64,000 nt of DNA from Trichosphaerium sp. ATCC 40318. Its lineage: Eukaryota > Protista > Tubulinea. Positions 11,901 to 24,053 of the stretch are shown piece by piece. The notes beneath the pieces were generated by a model. That model made no database searches and had not been told where the DNA came from. It saw nothing but the letters and a program-made list of their open reading frames with translations. Position 1 is the stretch's first letter, and each line of letters begins with the position of its first letter. The translations under genes and the position numbers were made by a program. The stretch lies in the NCBI GenBank assembly GCA_038496445.1, contig JALMLS010000013.1, positions 1-64,000 on the forward strand, written 5' to 3'.

Positions 11901-14900
11901 TCCAGATGACCGTGAAGGGATTATATGATGAGAACAGTATAAATCAGATTATGGAAAATATGAAGATTTTTAATAGTACAGAACCTATTCTAAAATCACT
12001 CACTGGTAGACCCTTGTTCAAGCGAGGAGTTCCTCTAAATTTTGAGGAGTTAGAGGGTGTGATAAATGTACGCTATTTTATTCCATACAAAACACCAAGC
12101 AAGCAAAGACTTTAAAAAGAAAAGAGATGCTAAATGTTGCTCAAGTTTTTTCTTATTTTTTTCTTTTCTTTAACTACTTCATTAGTTAAACGATGTTGCT
12201 GCGATATCCTCTGCAAATCAATTTGTTAGTCGCATATTCGATCCTGCGTTAGTAGCCAACACTAAGTACCACACCATCCTGCTAAAAACCAAGAAATTCC
12301 TAATGACTTTTTAGCTTGGAAGTATTAACTTTTTCGATGCTAGATGGTGATCTTGTTAACGAACAAGCTGGTCTATCATTCCTCGCAGGTGATCTTTATA
12401 TTATTTAGCTAAATTGATTGTTAACTTTCACCACTAGTACCTACTCCTTCACCTCCAGCCCTTCCAGTCGTAGTAGGCATGTGTTCTTTTGTTGATAAGT
12501 CAAAGTCGCTTAAACTCCTTGTTTAGAAACAACGAATATCGGAGCTATCGTCGGTGGTGTATTTGCTGTTATTGTATTGATTCTAATAATCATCGCCGTG
12601 GTTGCATTTATACTCTATAAGAATAAGAAACGCGGTAATCCTCGAACTGTTTTTTTTTCAGCACTTTTGCTTACTTTTTTTTTTCAGAGTTCAACAAAAA
12701 GCTTCAAGAAGAGTTTGGAATGCCAACGTTAGTTGATAATGATTGGCTAACTGATAACCAAAGATGGCTTATATCATATAAAGATATATCTTTTGGTAAA
12801 GGTGATTTACTCGGCCAAGGAAAGTAAGTAGTGGATTCTTTAGTTGAGAAAAAAAAAATACTATCATACTGTGCGCTGTGTTCTGATCTGTTTTTACCAA
12901 GATTTGGTGCTGTCTATAAAGCAAGATATCAACATTCACCAGTAGCTATTAAAATGATGGTACCAAAGTTCTAAGCCTATGAAACCTGAGCTAATATGGG
13001 CGAACTTTTAGAAAGGAATAATCTCAGAACAAGTTGCACCGTTCTTGGAAGAAGCAAAACTAATGAAGTAAGATAAGGATCTTTAAGACTATTTTTGGTG
13101 TTTTTTTCTCGTTTCACAAGTTTATTGGTGCTTTTGCTGCTTAACTCACTACTTAGGGCTTTACAACCGCACTCAAACAGTACATATGAAACAGTACATT
13201 ATTATCCTAAAATATTTTCTAGTCGTTCAGATTCAAGGATTTTGTATGGATCCATTCCCTATCATTGTTATAGAGTAAGTAAGAAAAATTTCGCTCTAAA
13301 AAGGCTTAACATTCCAATAACTGTGATCAATACGATCCGTAAAAGAGGCTTCTATTTTACCATTTTTTGTGTTAATACTGGTTCTTTAGGTTTATGTCTG
13401 GTGGATCATTATTGGATTTAATTGAACAAAGAAAGCTTCAAGCACATGAAATCAACGATTTGGCAACTGTACGTTCCTCATAAATGGATTTTTTTCTATG
13501 ACAAAGTCTTCGGGTTTTTTTTTGTTAACACAAACAAATAGGGTATTGCTGCTGGGATGATACACTTGTCTGCAGCTCATATTGTTCACAGGTACGTGTC
13601 GGTATAGTTCTCATATTTTCGATTAATGTGTTCTGTTCATAATAGAGATTTGGCTGCGAGAAGTACGTGTTTAAACAAAAACAGATTTCACTTTTCTTTT
13701 TTTTTTCCAAAGTTGTTTTTAGCTTACCAATGGTTTTGTAGATATTCTGGTACCTTTGATGACACCATTTCAATATTCATATTTAACTATTGAATAGCTC
13801 ACTGATGGACTTGTTCCTAAGATATCAGGTCCAAATCATTAACCTTTGTTTTTCTTACAGCTAATGCTAACTTTTTTGTTTTAGATTTTGGTATGTTTTG
13901 TGAAAGAAAATAAAACCAAGCTTTTCGTAAGTACTAAAAAAGAGAAGGTATGAGTAGGTTAGTAATACAAGAATCAGATGAACTAGAAAATGGATTAAAA
14001 GAACAAAACGTTATGGGTCCAATCGCGTAAGATCAGAAGAAAAAAAACCTTCAAAAAGTTAACAACAATTGTAGTTGGATGGCTCCTGAAACATTCAGAC
14101 ATCAATGGACGTAAGTACATAAAAAATCACGTGATTTTTTTACCATTTTATTAATTTAAAATGTTTAGTACAAAGAGCGATGTATGGGCTTTTGGTATAC
14201 GTATGTAATGTCACAACTAATTAAGGAGTAATTCAAATCTTAAGTGTTGTGGGAATGTAATACAAGAAAAAATCCAGCTGAAGAAGAACCCGATATTAAC
14301 AGACTTGCTGTCAACATAAGAGACAACAAATACCATCCTAAGATACCTAAAAAGTATGTAACAACTATCACGTGTTTTAAGAAAAAAGAATTCACGTGTG
14401 GTTTGTAGGGCCACGTTAAAGATGCAAGAGCTTATGACTCTTTGTTGGAGACAAAAAGCAAGAGATCGTCCAAGTTTTGAAGAAATTGCTGAGATACTTA
14501 ATCCTCCTCTCATTGAAGCATCAGAGGATGCATCTGATAGAAGAGTCACAAGTAAGTTCAAGCATTTCCTGGTATTAATTAATCCATGCCAATAGAATAC
14601 TCGGCAGTGCGAGCACGAAGAGACAAGAGCAAAAAAGTAAGAATACCAACGCTTTTTTTTTGAAAAACTCACAAACTTTCATGCTGCAACTTCTGTAGCT
14701 ATTGAATGTGTGTTCATATTTCAGTACAACATTGCGCTAATCTTATGAGAATAATCTCACGTGATTATATTGTGTTTTAAACCATGTGACAAAGCGCTAA
14801 TACAGGTTTTTTTTCAGAGAGCAAAATCAAAAGAACCTGACTATAGCAAGGCACCAGGAAAGAAAAATTCACAAAAACGAGTAAGTGATTATATTGAGGC

Positions 14901-16092
14901 TCCATCTCCAAAGGAAATGAAGCGTATGAGCGCTTACGGTGGTATCCAAACAAATAGTAAGAAATAGTTTGTGTTTTTTAGTATAATCCTACCTGTAATT
15001 GCTCTAACTCCTCTAACTCCTTTTTTCTTGAAGCAGCTGGTCGTAATGCTGTATCTTTGGTTTTAGATGATGAAGATGAAGGTGGATACACAGATGTTTA
15101 TGCAGAAACAGACGGTAAGGCTAAAGAAGAAAGAAAGAACCTTTTTTGAAATTCCTGCAAAAAAAATTAATAATTTTCTTGTTTAGACATTGGCTTCGAT
15201 ATTAGAAAGGTATTTACATAGTTTTACATCCTAATTCGATTTACTAAATACCTTAAAGTCTCCTTTGAACGAAGTAACGTCACAAGATGCATACGCAAGT
15301 TTTGAAACAACCAACTCTCCAAAGCCTAAAAAGAAAAAATCACCTCTTTCTGGAAGTGTTTTAGATGAAGGAGTAGATAAACAGAAATCATATACACCTA
15401 TTAGACTTTCTAAATTAAATAAGGAAATGAGTAGTAAAGATATAGAGGATGAGTCATCTTCAGGTACACCACAACTCTTCTTAAACCAAGAAATCGTTTG
15501 AGATATTTTTTTAAATTTTTCTAAAAGTTTTTTGCATGCTGCCTACACACTACGTTTATTTCGTAATTATCTTGTAAACCCTTTTTTACAACTTATAATA
15601 TGTAAATATATATATTATATCGTATGAGTAACACGTATAATATACACATCATCATACACGTGCAAAAACGAAAAAAGGAAATTTCGAAAACCAACCCTTT
15701 TTTTTTCAATTTCACAAAAACCCGGGTCGAGTTCTTTACCATTTACGTGGAATAAAAAACGTCTCAGAGTTGACCCAAATGTTTTATTTTGGTAATGTTG
15801 AAATATTTTGATAGAATATTAAGTTGATATCAAACGGTACAGCTTAACCTTTTTTTTTTTGTAGATTGGCCAAGTGAGGGCAGTTCTGATTTATCAAAGT
15901 CTTCTGGAGACAGTGATACAACCGATGACGAATTACCACCTGCTTATAATGCTATTGATCTACCTAAAAAGAAAAAATCAAAACTTGTATCTATATCCGC
16001 CGAGTCTTCAACAGGTCAGTCTTTCTTTCTTTCTTCTTGTGTTTTTTTTTTTTAACATTGTCCTAAACCTCTTTTCGTTAGATTCAATGTAG
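8999..16092 (+). CDS. Leucine-rich-repeat receptor tyrosine kinase (dozens of exons)
   Basis: Signal peptide MIKLRILALFLVLYAVPNIAQ, LRR exons, TM segment IGAIVGGVFAVIVLILIIIAVVAFILY (~12538-12618), kinase motifs LLGQGxFGAVY, VAIK, HRDLAARNIL, DFG, GPIAWMAPE, SDVWAFG, CWRQKARDRPSFEEI, and a Tyr-containing tail. HRDLAARN is the tyrosine-kinase-type catalytic loop. Confidence 0.92.
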
Positions 16093-16495
16093 TTGTTAAA
16101 ACCATGAAAAATCAGCTTCAATAATGATTAAGTACATGCTTGATACGGTTGTAATGAAAATTAGTTCTCACCGTAGCACTAACCAATGTTACAAACGAAC
16201 AAAATCACGTGTATTGAAATAAAAAATAAAAAATGAGTTGATTGTTTTTTGACTGTAAAGTATGCTCAGTATTTTAAAAGAAATTACCATGACTGCATCC
16301 TAACAATCCAAGTTCAAGAATTTTGCTTATTGTTGAAAGACAATAATCTTTATCTCAAAAAATGATGAAAATACTGACCTTCAAAGAAGCACCTAGTCAC
16401 TTTGTTGAACATCATGTTTTCTTTGATTCCTTAAATATTATCAACTTGATCGGCATGTTACTTGTAGTTAGATGCACTATTTTCCTTGTTAATTA

Positions 16496-16561
16496 ATTGT
16501 GACAGAAAAGGGTGTCAAAGCACTTAAACACGTACATGCTCTTGACATTAGTGGCACTTAA
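16496..16561 (+). pseudogene. LRR relic of the F-box/LRR family
   Basis: Translates IVTEKGVKALKHVHALDISGT* with no open frame around it. Confidence 0.55.
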
Positions 16562-16929
16562 TAACCATTGTCTAGATGAAATATTGGGAACTGTAGTAGA
16601 CGGACATAACTGTTATCCAGTTAACATTGACCCATAATATCGAGAGACAAAATCATCCCAAGTTTTAGTTGTCGTTACTCATAGCCTACACTTTTTTAAT
16701 CCTTCATAGTTTGTATTATGGATGCTACCACGTAATTTAAACAGTTTTGCTTGTTAACGTGAACTACATACTCACAGTGATGAACAAAACTGAAAACTCA
16801 AAAAAATGGAAAATCGTTGCTCTTTTTTATCGATAAGCCGGGTCAATTCCAATGACTTAATGCAAAATTCAGTATTTATTCCTCACTCGAGTTAAACGAC
16901 ATCCTATTAACTAAAACGTTGAAGCTTGT

Positions 16930-18147
16930 ATGGAGAAAAAAAGAAAACAAGTTGAAAACGAAAAGTATGCGCAAAATTACTGTGTTTATCGCTCTAACAT
17001 CTCCGATAGTTCGCAAAAAAGCATTCTAGACCTTCCTGTGGAGATTTTAGCGCATATCTTACTTCAAACGACCAAAGCGCGATTTGCAGCTTCTCAAACC
17101 TGCTACCGCTTTGCATCTATCGTTCATGACGTTATTGGGTATCATAAAGCTTTTATCTCAACTGTGGACCAAGCAAAAGCGATTTTAAAATATGCTAGTA
17201 CTCTCAGTCATACAGAAATTATAATAAGCTGTTACTTTAATTATAAGATTGTAGAGCTATTTTCTGGTGTACATACAATTTGCCTTAGTCATTGTGGTGG
17301 TATTACAGATGAAGATATCAAAGCACTTTCTGGTGTTCATACTATTCACCTCGCTGGTTGTAAGAGTATTACAGATGAGGGAATAAAATCACTTTCTGGT
17401 GTTCATGAAATTACCCTTGCCAATACCTCAGTAACGGATACAGGTATACAAGCATTTGCTGGCGTTCATACCATTGACCTTTGTCAATGTTCCAATATTA
17501 CAGATGAGGGTATAAAAGCGCTTTCTGGTGTTCATGAAATTAACCTTAATTACACCAGAGTAACAGATGAAGGTTTGAAAGCACTCTCTGGTGTACATAC
17601 CATTCTTCTTCGTATGTGCTGGGGTATTACAGATAAAGGTTTACAAGCTCTTTCTGGTGTACATACCATAAACCTTCGTCAATGTTACGGTATTTCAGAT
17701 GAGGGTGTACAAGCTCTTTCTGGAGTTCATACTATAAACCTTGCTAACTGTGATTGTATTACAGACAAGGGTATAAAAGCACTATCTAGTGCACATGATG
17801 TGAATCTTAGCAATTGCAATAGTATTTCAGATGAAGGTATTAAAGCGCTCTCAAGGGTACATACTATTACTCTTAGTCATTGTAAAGGTATTACTGACAA
17901 CGGCATACAAGCACTGAAGGGTGTTTATAAAATTGACCTTGGTAATACCTTAGTCACAGATAAAGGTGTACAAGCTCTTTCTAAAGTTCATATCATTTAT
18001 CTTGGCGGTTGTAAAGGCATAACAGATGAAGGGATAAAAGCACTTTCTGGTGTTTTTGAAATAAGCGTTTTTAATACCTCAGTTACTGATCAAGGTATTG
18101 CAGAATCATTGGGAGGTGTTACAACTGTATATAGTATTGTCAAATAA
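16930..18147 (+). CDS. F-box + LRR protein (~13 repeats)
   Basis: SILDLPVEILAHIL F-box and VHTIxLxxCxxITDEGIKALSG repeats. A probable 45-nt in-frame phase-2 intron (GTATGC...GATAG) lies just before the F-box, as in paralogs. Confidence 0.92.
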   Translation: MEKKRKQVENEKYAQNYCVYRSNISDSSQKSILDLPVEILAHILLQTTKARFAASQTCYRFASIVHDVIGYHKAFISTVDQAKAILKYASTLSHTEIIISCYFNYKIVELFSGVHTICLSHCGGITDEDIKALSGVHTIHLAGCKSITDEGIKSLSGVHEITLANTSVTDTGIQAFAGVHTIDLCQCSNITDEGIKALSGVHEINLNYTRVTDEGLKALSGVHTILLRMCWGITDKGLQALSGVHTINLRQCYGISDEGVQALSGVHTINLANCDCITDKGIKALSSAHDVNLSNCNSISDEGIKALSRVHTITLSHCKGITDNGIQALKGVYKIDLGNTLVTDKGVQALSKVHIIYLGGCKGITDEGIKALSGVFEISVFNTSVTDQGIAESLGGVTTVYSIVK

Positions 18148-18681
18148 AGTGCTACTTGATTCCATTAATTCTTTATTGGGTACTCAGTGTACAGAGTAGC
18201 AGACAGTGTAAGGGTACGAAGGTTGGCTATATAACTAAGTTGTTTATTATGTAACGTTTCACGTTGCTGGAATGTTTCATCAAAATATCTTACCCTTAGA
18301 TTCTCTAATACAAACAACTGTAACTGTGAATATTTCGAAAATTGTAGGTTGCTGCTGTGTAGAAATTTTCGGGATGAGAGGCCTTGTGCGGAGAAAAAAC
18401 GTGTTATGACGTTTTTTGGCTAACATCGAAAGTAGGTTTGAAGGTCACCACTTATACATGCTCGCTTGTGACAACAATATTTGGCTTTAGGATAAGTTAC
18501 AAATAGAGTTTGGGAAGCCACGAAGTACCCGAGGCTACATAAAACCTCTGCTAACTTTCCTTTTTGAGAAACTGTTGCAGCTTCTGACTTGACATCATTC
18601 ATCATCTAAAAAATATCAACTCCAATCGCTACTATTCACCACCTCCTGATCACTGCACCATTCTGTATTGCGCATATCGGT

Positions 18682-18810
18682 GGAGCTGACCTGGATTATG
18701 TAGATAAAACGAATTTTCGATTAATTTTACTGAAACAAAACAGACTTTGATTGTGCTAACAAATCGTTTAGACTCAGGTACACTCCTGCAAATATAGCGG
18801 CTAAAGAATG
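18682..18810 (+). pseudogene. Possible ankyrin-repeat relic
   Basis: GADLDYVDK and RYTPANIAAKE fragments separated by an intron-like stretch. No complete gene could be built. Confidence 0.3.
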
Positions 18811-19290
18811 GTTAACTCAGTTCATATTAGCTTCAAACGTTCTGTAAGGTAAACAAGCGTCTGTTGAAAGCCACTCAGTCGAAGTCGCAAACTAGCAAGT
18901 TCCGTTAACAAGGGTACCTTTCCATTCTAAGGTTTGTAGGAAAGTTTTCATGAACAGTCTTTGTGGAACACAAACAACGTGCCGAAACATTGTGTGCTAT
19001 TTGACGCATTAAGGTGAATACGTAGAGTGTATTTTTAGGTTTATTCTATTGCCCTACATCGCATTATCCTTTTGGGAGTTCAGTGCATTTTTTTCAAAAT
19101 TTAATCATATTTCACGTGCAACTACAACCTCTTTTGCTCTTATCAATATCCTAAATATATCAAATACATGTATATCTACTTATACAGATATTTCTTGTAA
19201 CAACTCTTTCCCGTAAAATTAAGATACCAGCGTCACGAGAAAACTCGTGTTTTTTTATCATTATTTTCAAAACAAAAAAAAGATTACAAC

Positions 19291-20720
19291 ATGGGAGGCA
19301 GAGTAGAACTCGGTTGTGGCTTAAAAACAGCAAAATATATACTATTCACTCTTAATTTCGTATTCTTTGTACGTATTAGCCCGTTTAAAGGCTTTAAAGC
19401 GATCTTTTGGATCCAAAATGTTTATTTTTGTTCTTTTTAGCTCGCAGCTGTTGGTGTTGTAGGATTAGCTTCATACGCGTATGATAAAGGAGGTAAACGG
19501 TTTTATTAAACTGAAGTGTTTATTTTCGTTAACTCTTTACTAAAGGCATCAAAAACTTTGAAGCGACACCAACAATAGCAATTGCTGCTATCGTAGTTGG
19601 CTGGTAAATAATAACTATTTTTCTCCTCACGCTCTTACTCTTTCTTTAGTTTTATTGCCCTGCTTTCATGCCTTGGTTGCTGCGGTGCCAAAACACAGAA
19701 CAAACCGATCCTCGGATTTGTATCCTACTTTTTTGCGAATTCTACCGCTTCCTCTTTTGAAAGTGGGTTCTATCACTTCCTTTTATCTCCCAACGTAATT
19801 ATATCCTTTAACTCTCCCAGTACGCAATTGTAGTATTCCTACTCATTGGCAGTCAAATCGCTATCTCAGTTGTTGCCTTCACGTACGTTTATAGACATCG
19901 TAGATTGCAAACGAACAGTTTAAACAAACATTCACTAAAAACAGTTTCGTTCATCTTTACCCCCTTCTCTTTCCGCCTTAAAACCTCACATTCCTTCTCA
20001 CTCACATCAACAATTCCATTGCAACTCCAACAGCCCGTTAATATTAGGCTGTAACTCTTTTCTCTTCAGTTTTTTGTATTCGTTAACATTCTTCCTGACT
20101 TGCATCTAGACACTCCGCAAATGTCCCAAATCTTGTCGACAAAGGTACTACCACTTTTACTTAATATTCACATCGTTGTTATTCCAACTATCGGCCACCA
20201 CTTGCGGGTTGCACCGATAATTTCGGGAAGAAAAAAAAAATTGTTTTAAATTCGTTCACACGTGAAACTCACGTGATATTTTTAGCATGGGAAAAAACAG
20301 ACAACACCACACGTGTTTACATCGAGAATCACTTGAAGTGTTGCGGTTTTGATGGAAAGAACTACACCAACGGTACGAACCTTTCTCTTTTTCTTTTTGT
20401 CGAGATAAGTTTCTGATTTCGATTACTAGGAACCCCTTGTCCACCTGCACCATACGCTTTACCTGGATGTTATGATGCATTGACTGATTGGTTACGCTCT
20501 TCAATTAAGATTGTAGCTATCGCTGGCCTTTCACTTGGTGCTATCCAAGTACGATTTTTTTTTTCTTTTAGTAACTTTTTAGCTGACTCTTTTTTTTCTC
20601 TAGCTTATTGCTCTATTCTTCTCTTGCTGTCTATGCTGGGCTATGCCTTCCGCTAAGGACACTGAACATCAACGTCTATTGAAGGAATCACACAAGGTGA
20701 ATGCATCCTATTACCCTTAG
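19291..20720 (+). CDS. Tetraspanin
   Basis: Spliced: MGGRVELGCGLKTAKYILFTLNFVFF|LAAVGVVGL...SCLGCCGAKTQNKPILGF|YAIVVFLL...IENHLKCCGF...PGCYDALTDWL...FFSCCLC. Four TM segments and the CCG motif. Confidence 0.93.
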
Positions 20721-21427
20721 AAACAAACAAAGAAGAAGAACAACACTATTTGCCTCCCTCTTTTTGTTTTTTGGCGAAGGATTAGATTTCACCACAAAAA
20801 AGAATGAAAATAAAATGGCTATATGTTCTATCTTTACAATGTACATAGCGAATTCTAGAAATGTTTTTTTAAAGATGGCTGTAATTGCACTTATAATAAA
20901 TAAACCTAAATTACAGTTCTATAATTCTTTACAATTCCTATTTTTTTTTCTCTTTTACCTTGTACTAAGTGAGTGCATCACAATTCTTGGTTATTCTTTT
21001 ACGTCATTGTCACGACTGCGAGAGCTATAAACTGTCAATTGAGACTATCGAACGGGTTACGAGTGTTGCAAACAGTGGTTAATCTATTGACACATGGCAA
21101 TCTTTGAATGCTACAGTACTAATTCTATGCTAGATTCCTATTGTCAATTGGATCCTTACACAGAATAACAGGTTGTATAAAGCCTATCTCTTGGCTTGAG
21201 CGTTTAGGCATGAAACCTGAGACAGTTACTTTATTAACAACAGCCGCATACACAAAACAACTCTCCATGTACAATGTAGGTTATTGTTTAATTGCCTATC
21301 GCTGTTGCTAGTGTAATTGTTTTATTCTACTTAACACGATAACCCCTTAGTCACTAATGAGTTCAAAACTAGGTTTATAAAAATGGTGCTTACCTATCAC
21401 GTGATAGTGGATAAATACTAATATGTA

Positions 21428-22160
21428 TTAAATTTGGTTTACAAATGTGAAAATCAAATCTGATTCACTAATAAGCTTGAACCCCATAGAATAGAAATAT
21501 TGTATCAGTAGTGCAGGTAAAGTGAAGAAGAGATTGGGGAAGTGAAGCCCTTTTAGTATCATTCTGTCTTCACTCTCTCTATAGGTCCACAAAAGCTTCG
21601 ATTTCTTTGAGGGGATAGATTTCTCTACTAACAAAGCTAAAAGTCCTTCTTTGTACTCTTCAATTGCGCTTGTGGTGTGTATTGAACAAAAACCTGGCAT
21701 TTTACCGGGAGTATGTACTGATCAGTGGTCAGTAATCTGTTTTTTAATCATTTTACCTAGTGGTACCTATTCTCAAACGAATTACACGTGTTTCTTCCAT
21801 CTTAAAGTTATCACCTGCTGTTTTAAAAGGGTAATGGAAAAATAACAACATTTGAAAGTCTTATCAGGTCGTATTGTGGCATTTCAACCAAAGTAAAGTT
21901 AAGTTTTTCTTAACAAGCCAACAAAAAAAAAAAAAAGATAGCCAAAAAAAAACGTTACTAATTCTCCACTTTATTCCGCTCCTTGGTTAACAAAGGTAGG
22001 TATTTGACATGACAAGTTGTAGGTCACACTTTTCGTACAACCTTTTTCACCTAGATAAAGTGAACACGGCCAACGGGGAATCGCTTTTTTGATCTACAGT
22101 AATTATTTTCGATGTCGACTTTGACGAGAATGTAGCAGTGAACGCTACTACGCGCAACAT
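21428..22160 (-). CDS. Hypothetical multi-exon protein
   Basis: Terminal exon ORF 21428-21700 plus upstream exon-like blocks bounded by GT/AG. No family recognised and the start is uncertain. Confidence 0.45.
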
Positions 22161-22786
22161 GCAATTCTAGCAATAAAATAAAGCCATTCTTACGCACCGC
22201 GTACACATGCTTTTATTGAATTACAAGGTAACAGAAGATAACGTTGCTCAACGTGGGTAAAAAAAGAGTCAGCGATTTAATGCCTCAGTGAAAGAAAACT
22301 AGTTGCAGTAACTCCATTTACCACGCAAAGTGCTGTTGAGTGTTTTCAACTTGTGAAATTGCATGATTCTGCAAAAACAGTTTAAAAATAATAAACAGGC
22401 CGTACTACACTAGGTAACGCGTAGAAGTTCATTGTAAGCGACTAAGCGGTTGCAAAAACAATTATAGAATTTGCTGAAACAATACTGCAAGCAAGAACCG
22501 CGTTATTAGTTGAGAAATAAAGCGATCTATAGTATTGGTAAGCATATAAAGCGATAAATGATTCACGTTCACACATTGTCTCTACGCGTGTTGGTTTTCT
22601 AAAAACGTCGAAATGGGTTGATACTGAATTTATTTCACTACGTCAAGTTCAGGCCTTCATTTCGCCGAAGGAACGTTGAAAAACAACCTTGCTTGTACCC
22701 GAATTTGCCCGCCAAAAACAACACGGAGGAATTTGACCTAGAAAAAAGCAACACAGCGGCATTAAACCCAGATAAATTCATTCACC

Positions 22787-24053
22787 ATGCCTATGGAAAT
22801 CAAATTAGTGGTTATGGGATCAGGTGGCGTTGGTATGTGGTCTCCACTTTTTGTTTTGTGTTTGTGGCGTTGTTTTATTGTCCGTTGGGATAGTATGGTG
22901 TCATCGCTACGTCGTTGGTGCTAAAAAACATGTTTCTGACATTGTTTTTAGGCAAATCAGCCATCACCGTCCAGTTCATACAAAAATTGTTTATTAGAAA
23001 GGTACAGCATATTTTACGGTTATCAGGATATAAATAAGCATCTTACCGCACACTCCGCATCATCTGGAACAACAGAAAGCGAAGTGTCTAAAACAACGCA
23101 AAATTTTAAATTATGACGCTCAGACACTTTAATTTTGCATTATACGAAAAAAAAGAATGGCAATTTTAGTATTATTGTCAAACGACACCAGAACGTCTGT
23201 AACGTTACCAAACGTTTTATCAGTCTATAGAAATACGTTCAGGATAGTTTTAATTAACTATCTATGTAGTATGATCCAACAATCGAGGAAAGTTATGTAA
23301 AGCAAGTGGAGGTAGATACCAAGCAATATATGCTTGAAATCTTGGATACAGCTGGAACTGTGCGTCGTTTTTTTTGAAAACAACGTTTATTTATTGATGG
23401 CCTCCAAAGGAACAATTTACAGCTATGAGAGATTTGTACATGAAGAACGGCCAAGGTTTTGCTTTGGTTTTTAGTATTGTGGCTGATGCTACTTTTGCCG
23501 ATTTAAAAGGTACGTTTATATCATCGCTTTCTGCATTACCACGCTATATCATTCATAAAACAGCGTTTAAACCGATAAATTTAATTACTTATTTGTATTG
23601 CAGCTATTCGAAAGCAAATCGTTAAAGTAAAGGACTCAGAGGATGTACCAATGGTAATTGTTGGTAATAAGTGTGATTTATCGGAGAAACGCGCTGTTGA
23701 AAAGGAGCAAGGTGCGTTTTTATTTTTTTTTTCTTTTCTCAAATTCGCGAAACAAAAAAACTTTTGTGGGCCAGTGAGCTTCAAATTGTAGTAGATAGTA
23801 ACGTATTTTAAGTCGTTGTTTTGTGTAGTTTTACCGTAAACAAAGTTTTTGTCTTTTTCTTTAGTCTCGCGTTTAAATGCGTTTAAGTGATTAAATCTAT
23901 GTAGGTACTACCCTAGCGGAACAATACAATGCTAAATACTATGAAACGAGTGCTAAGACTCGAGTTAATATCGACAACATGTTTTTTGACTTGGTTCGCC
24001 AAGTTGTCGTTAAGTGTCCGCCTCCAAAGCGCCGAGGATGCATGATATTATAA
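22787..24053 (+). CDS. Rap1-like Ras-family small GTPase
   Basis: Spliced: [44 protein letters not shown] (Thr at position 61 as in Rap1), NKCD, ETSAK, C-terminal CaaX CMIL. Confidence 0.95.
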
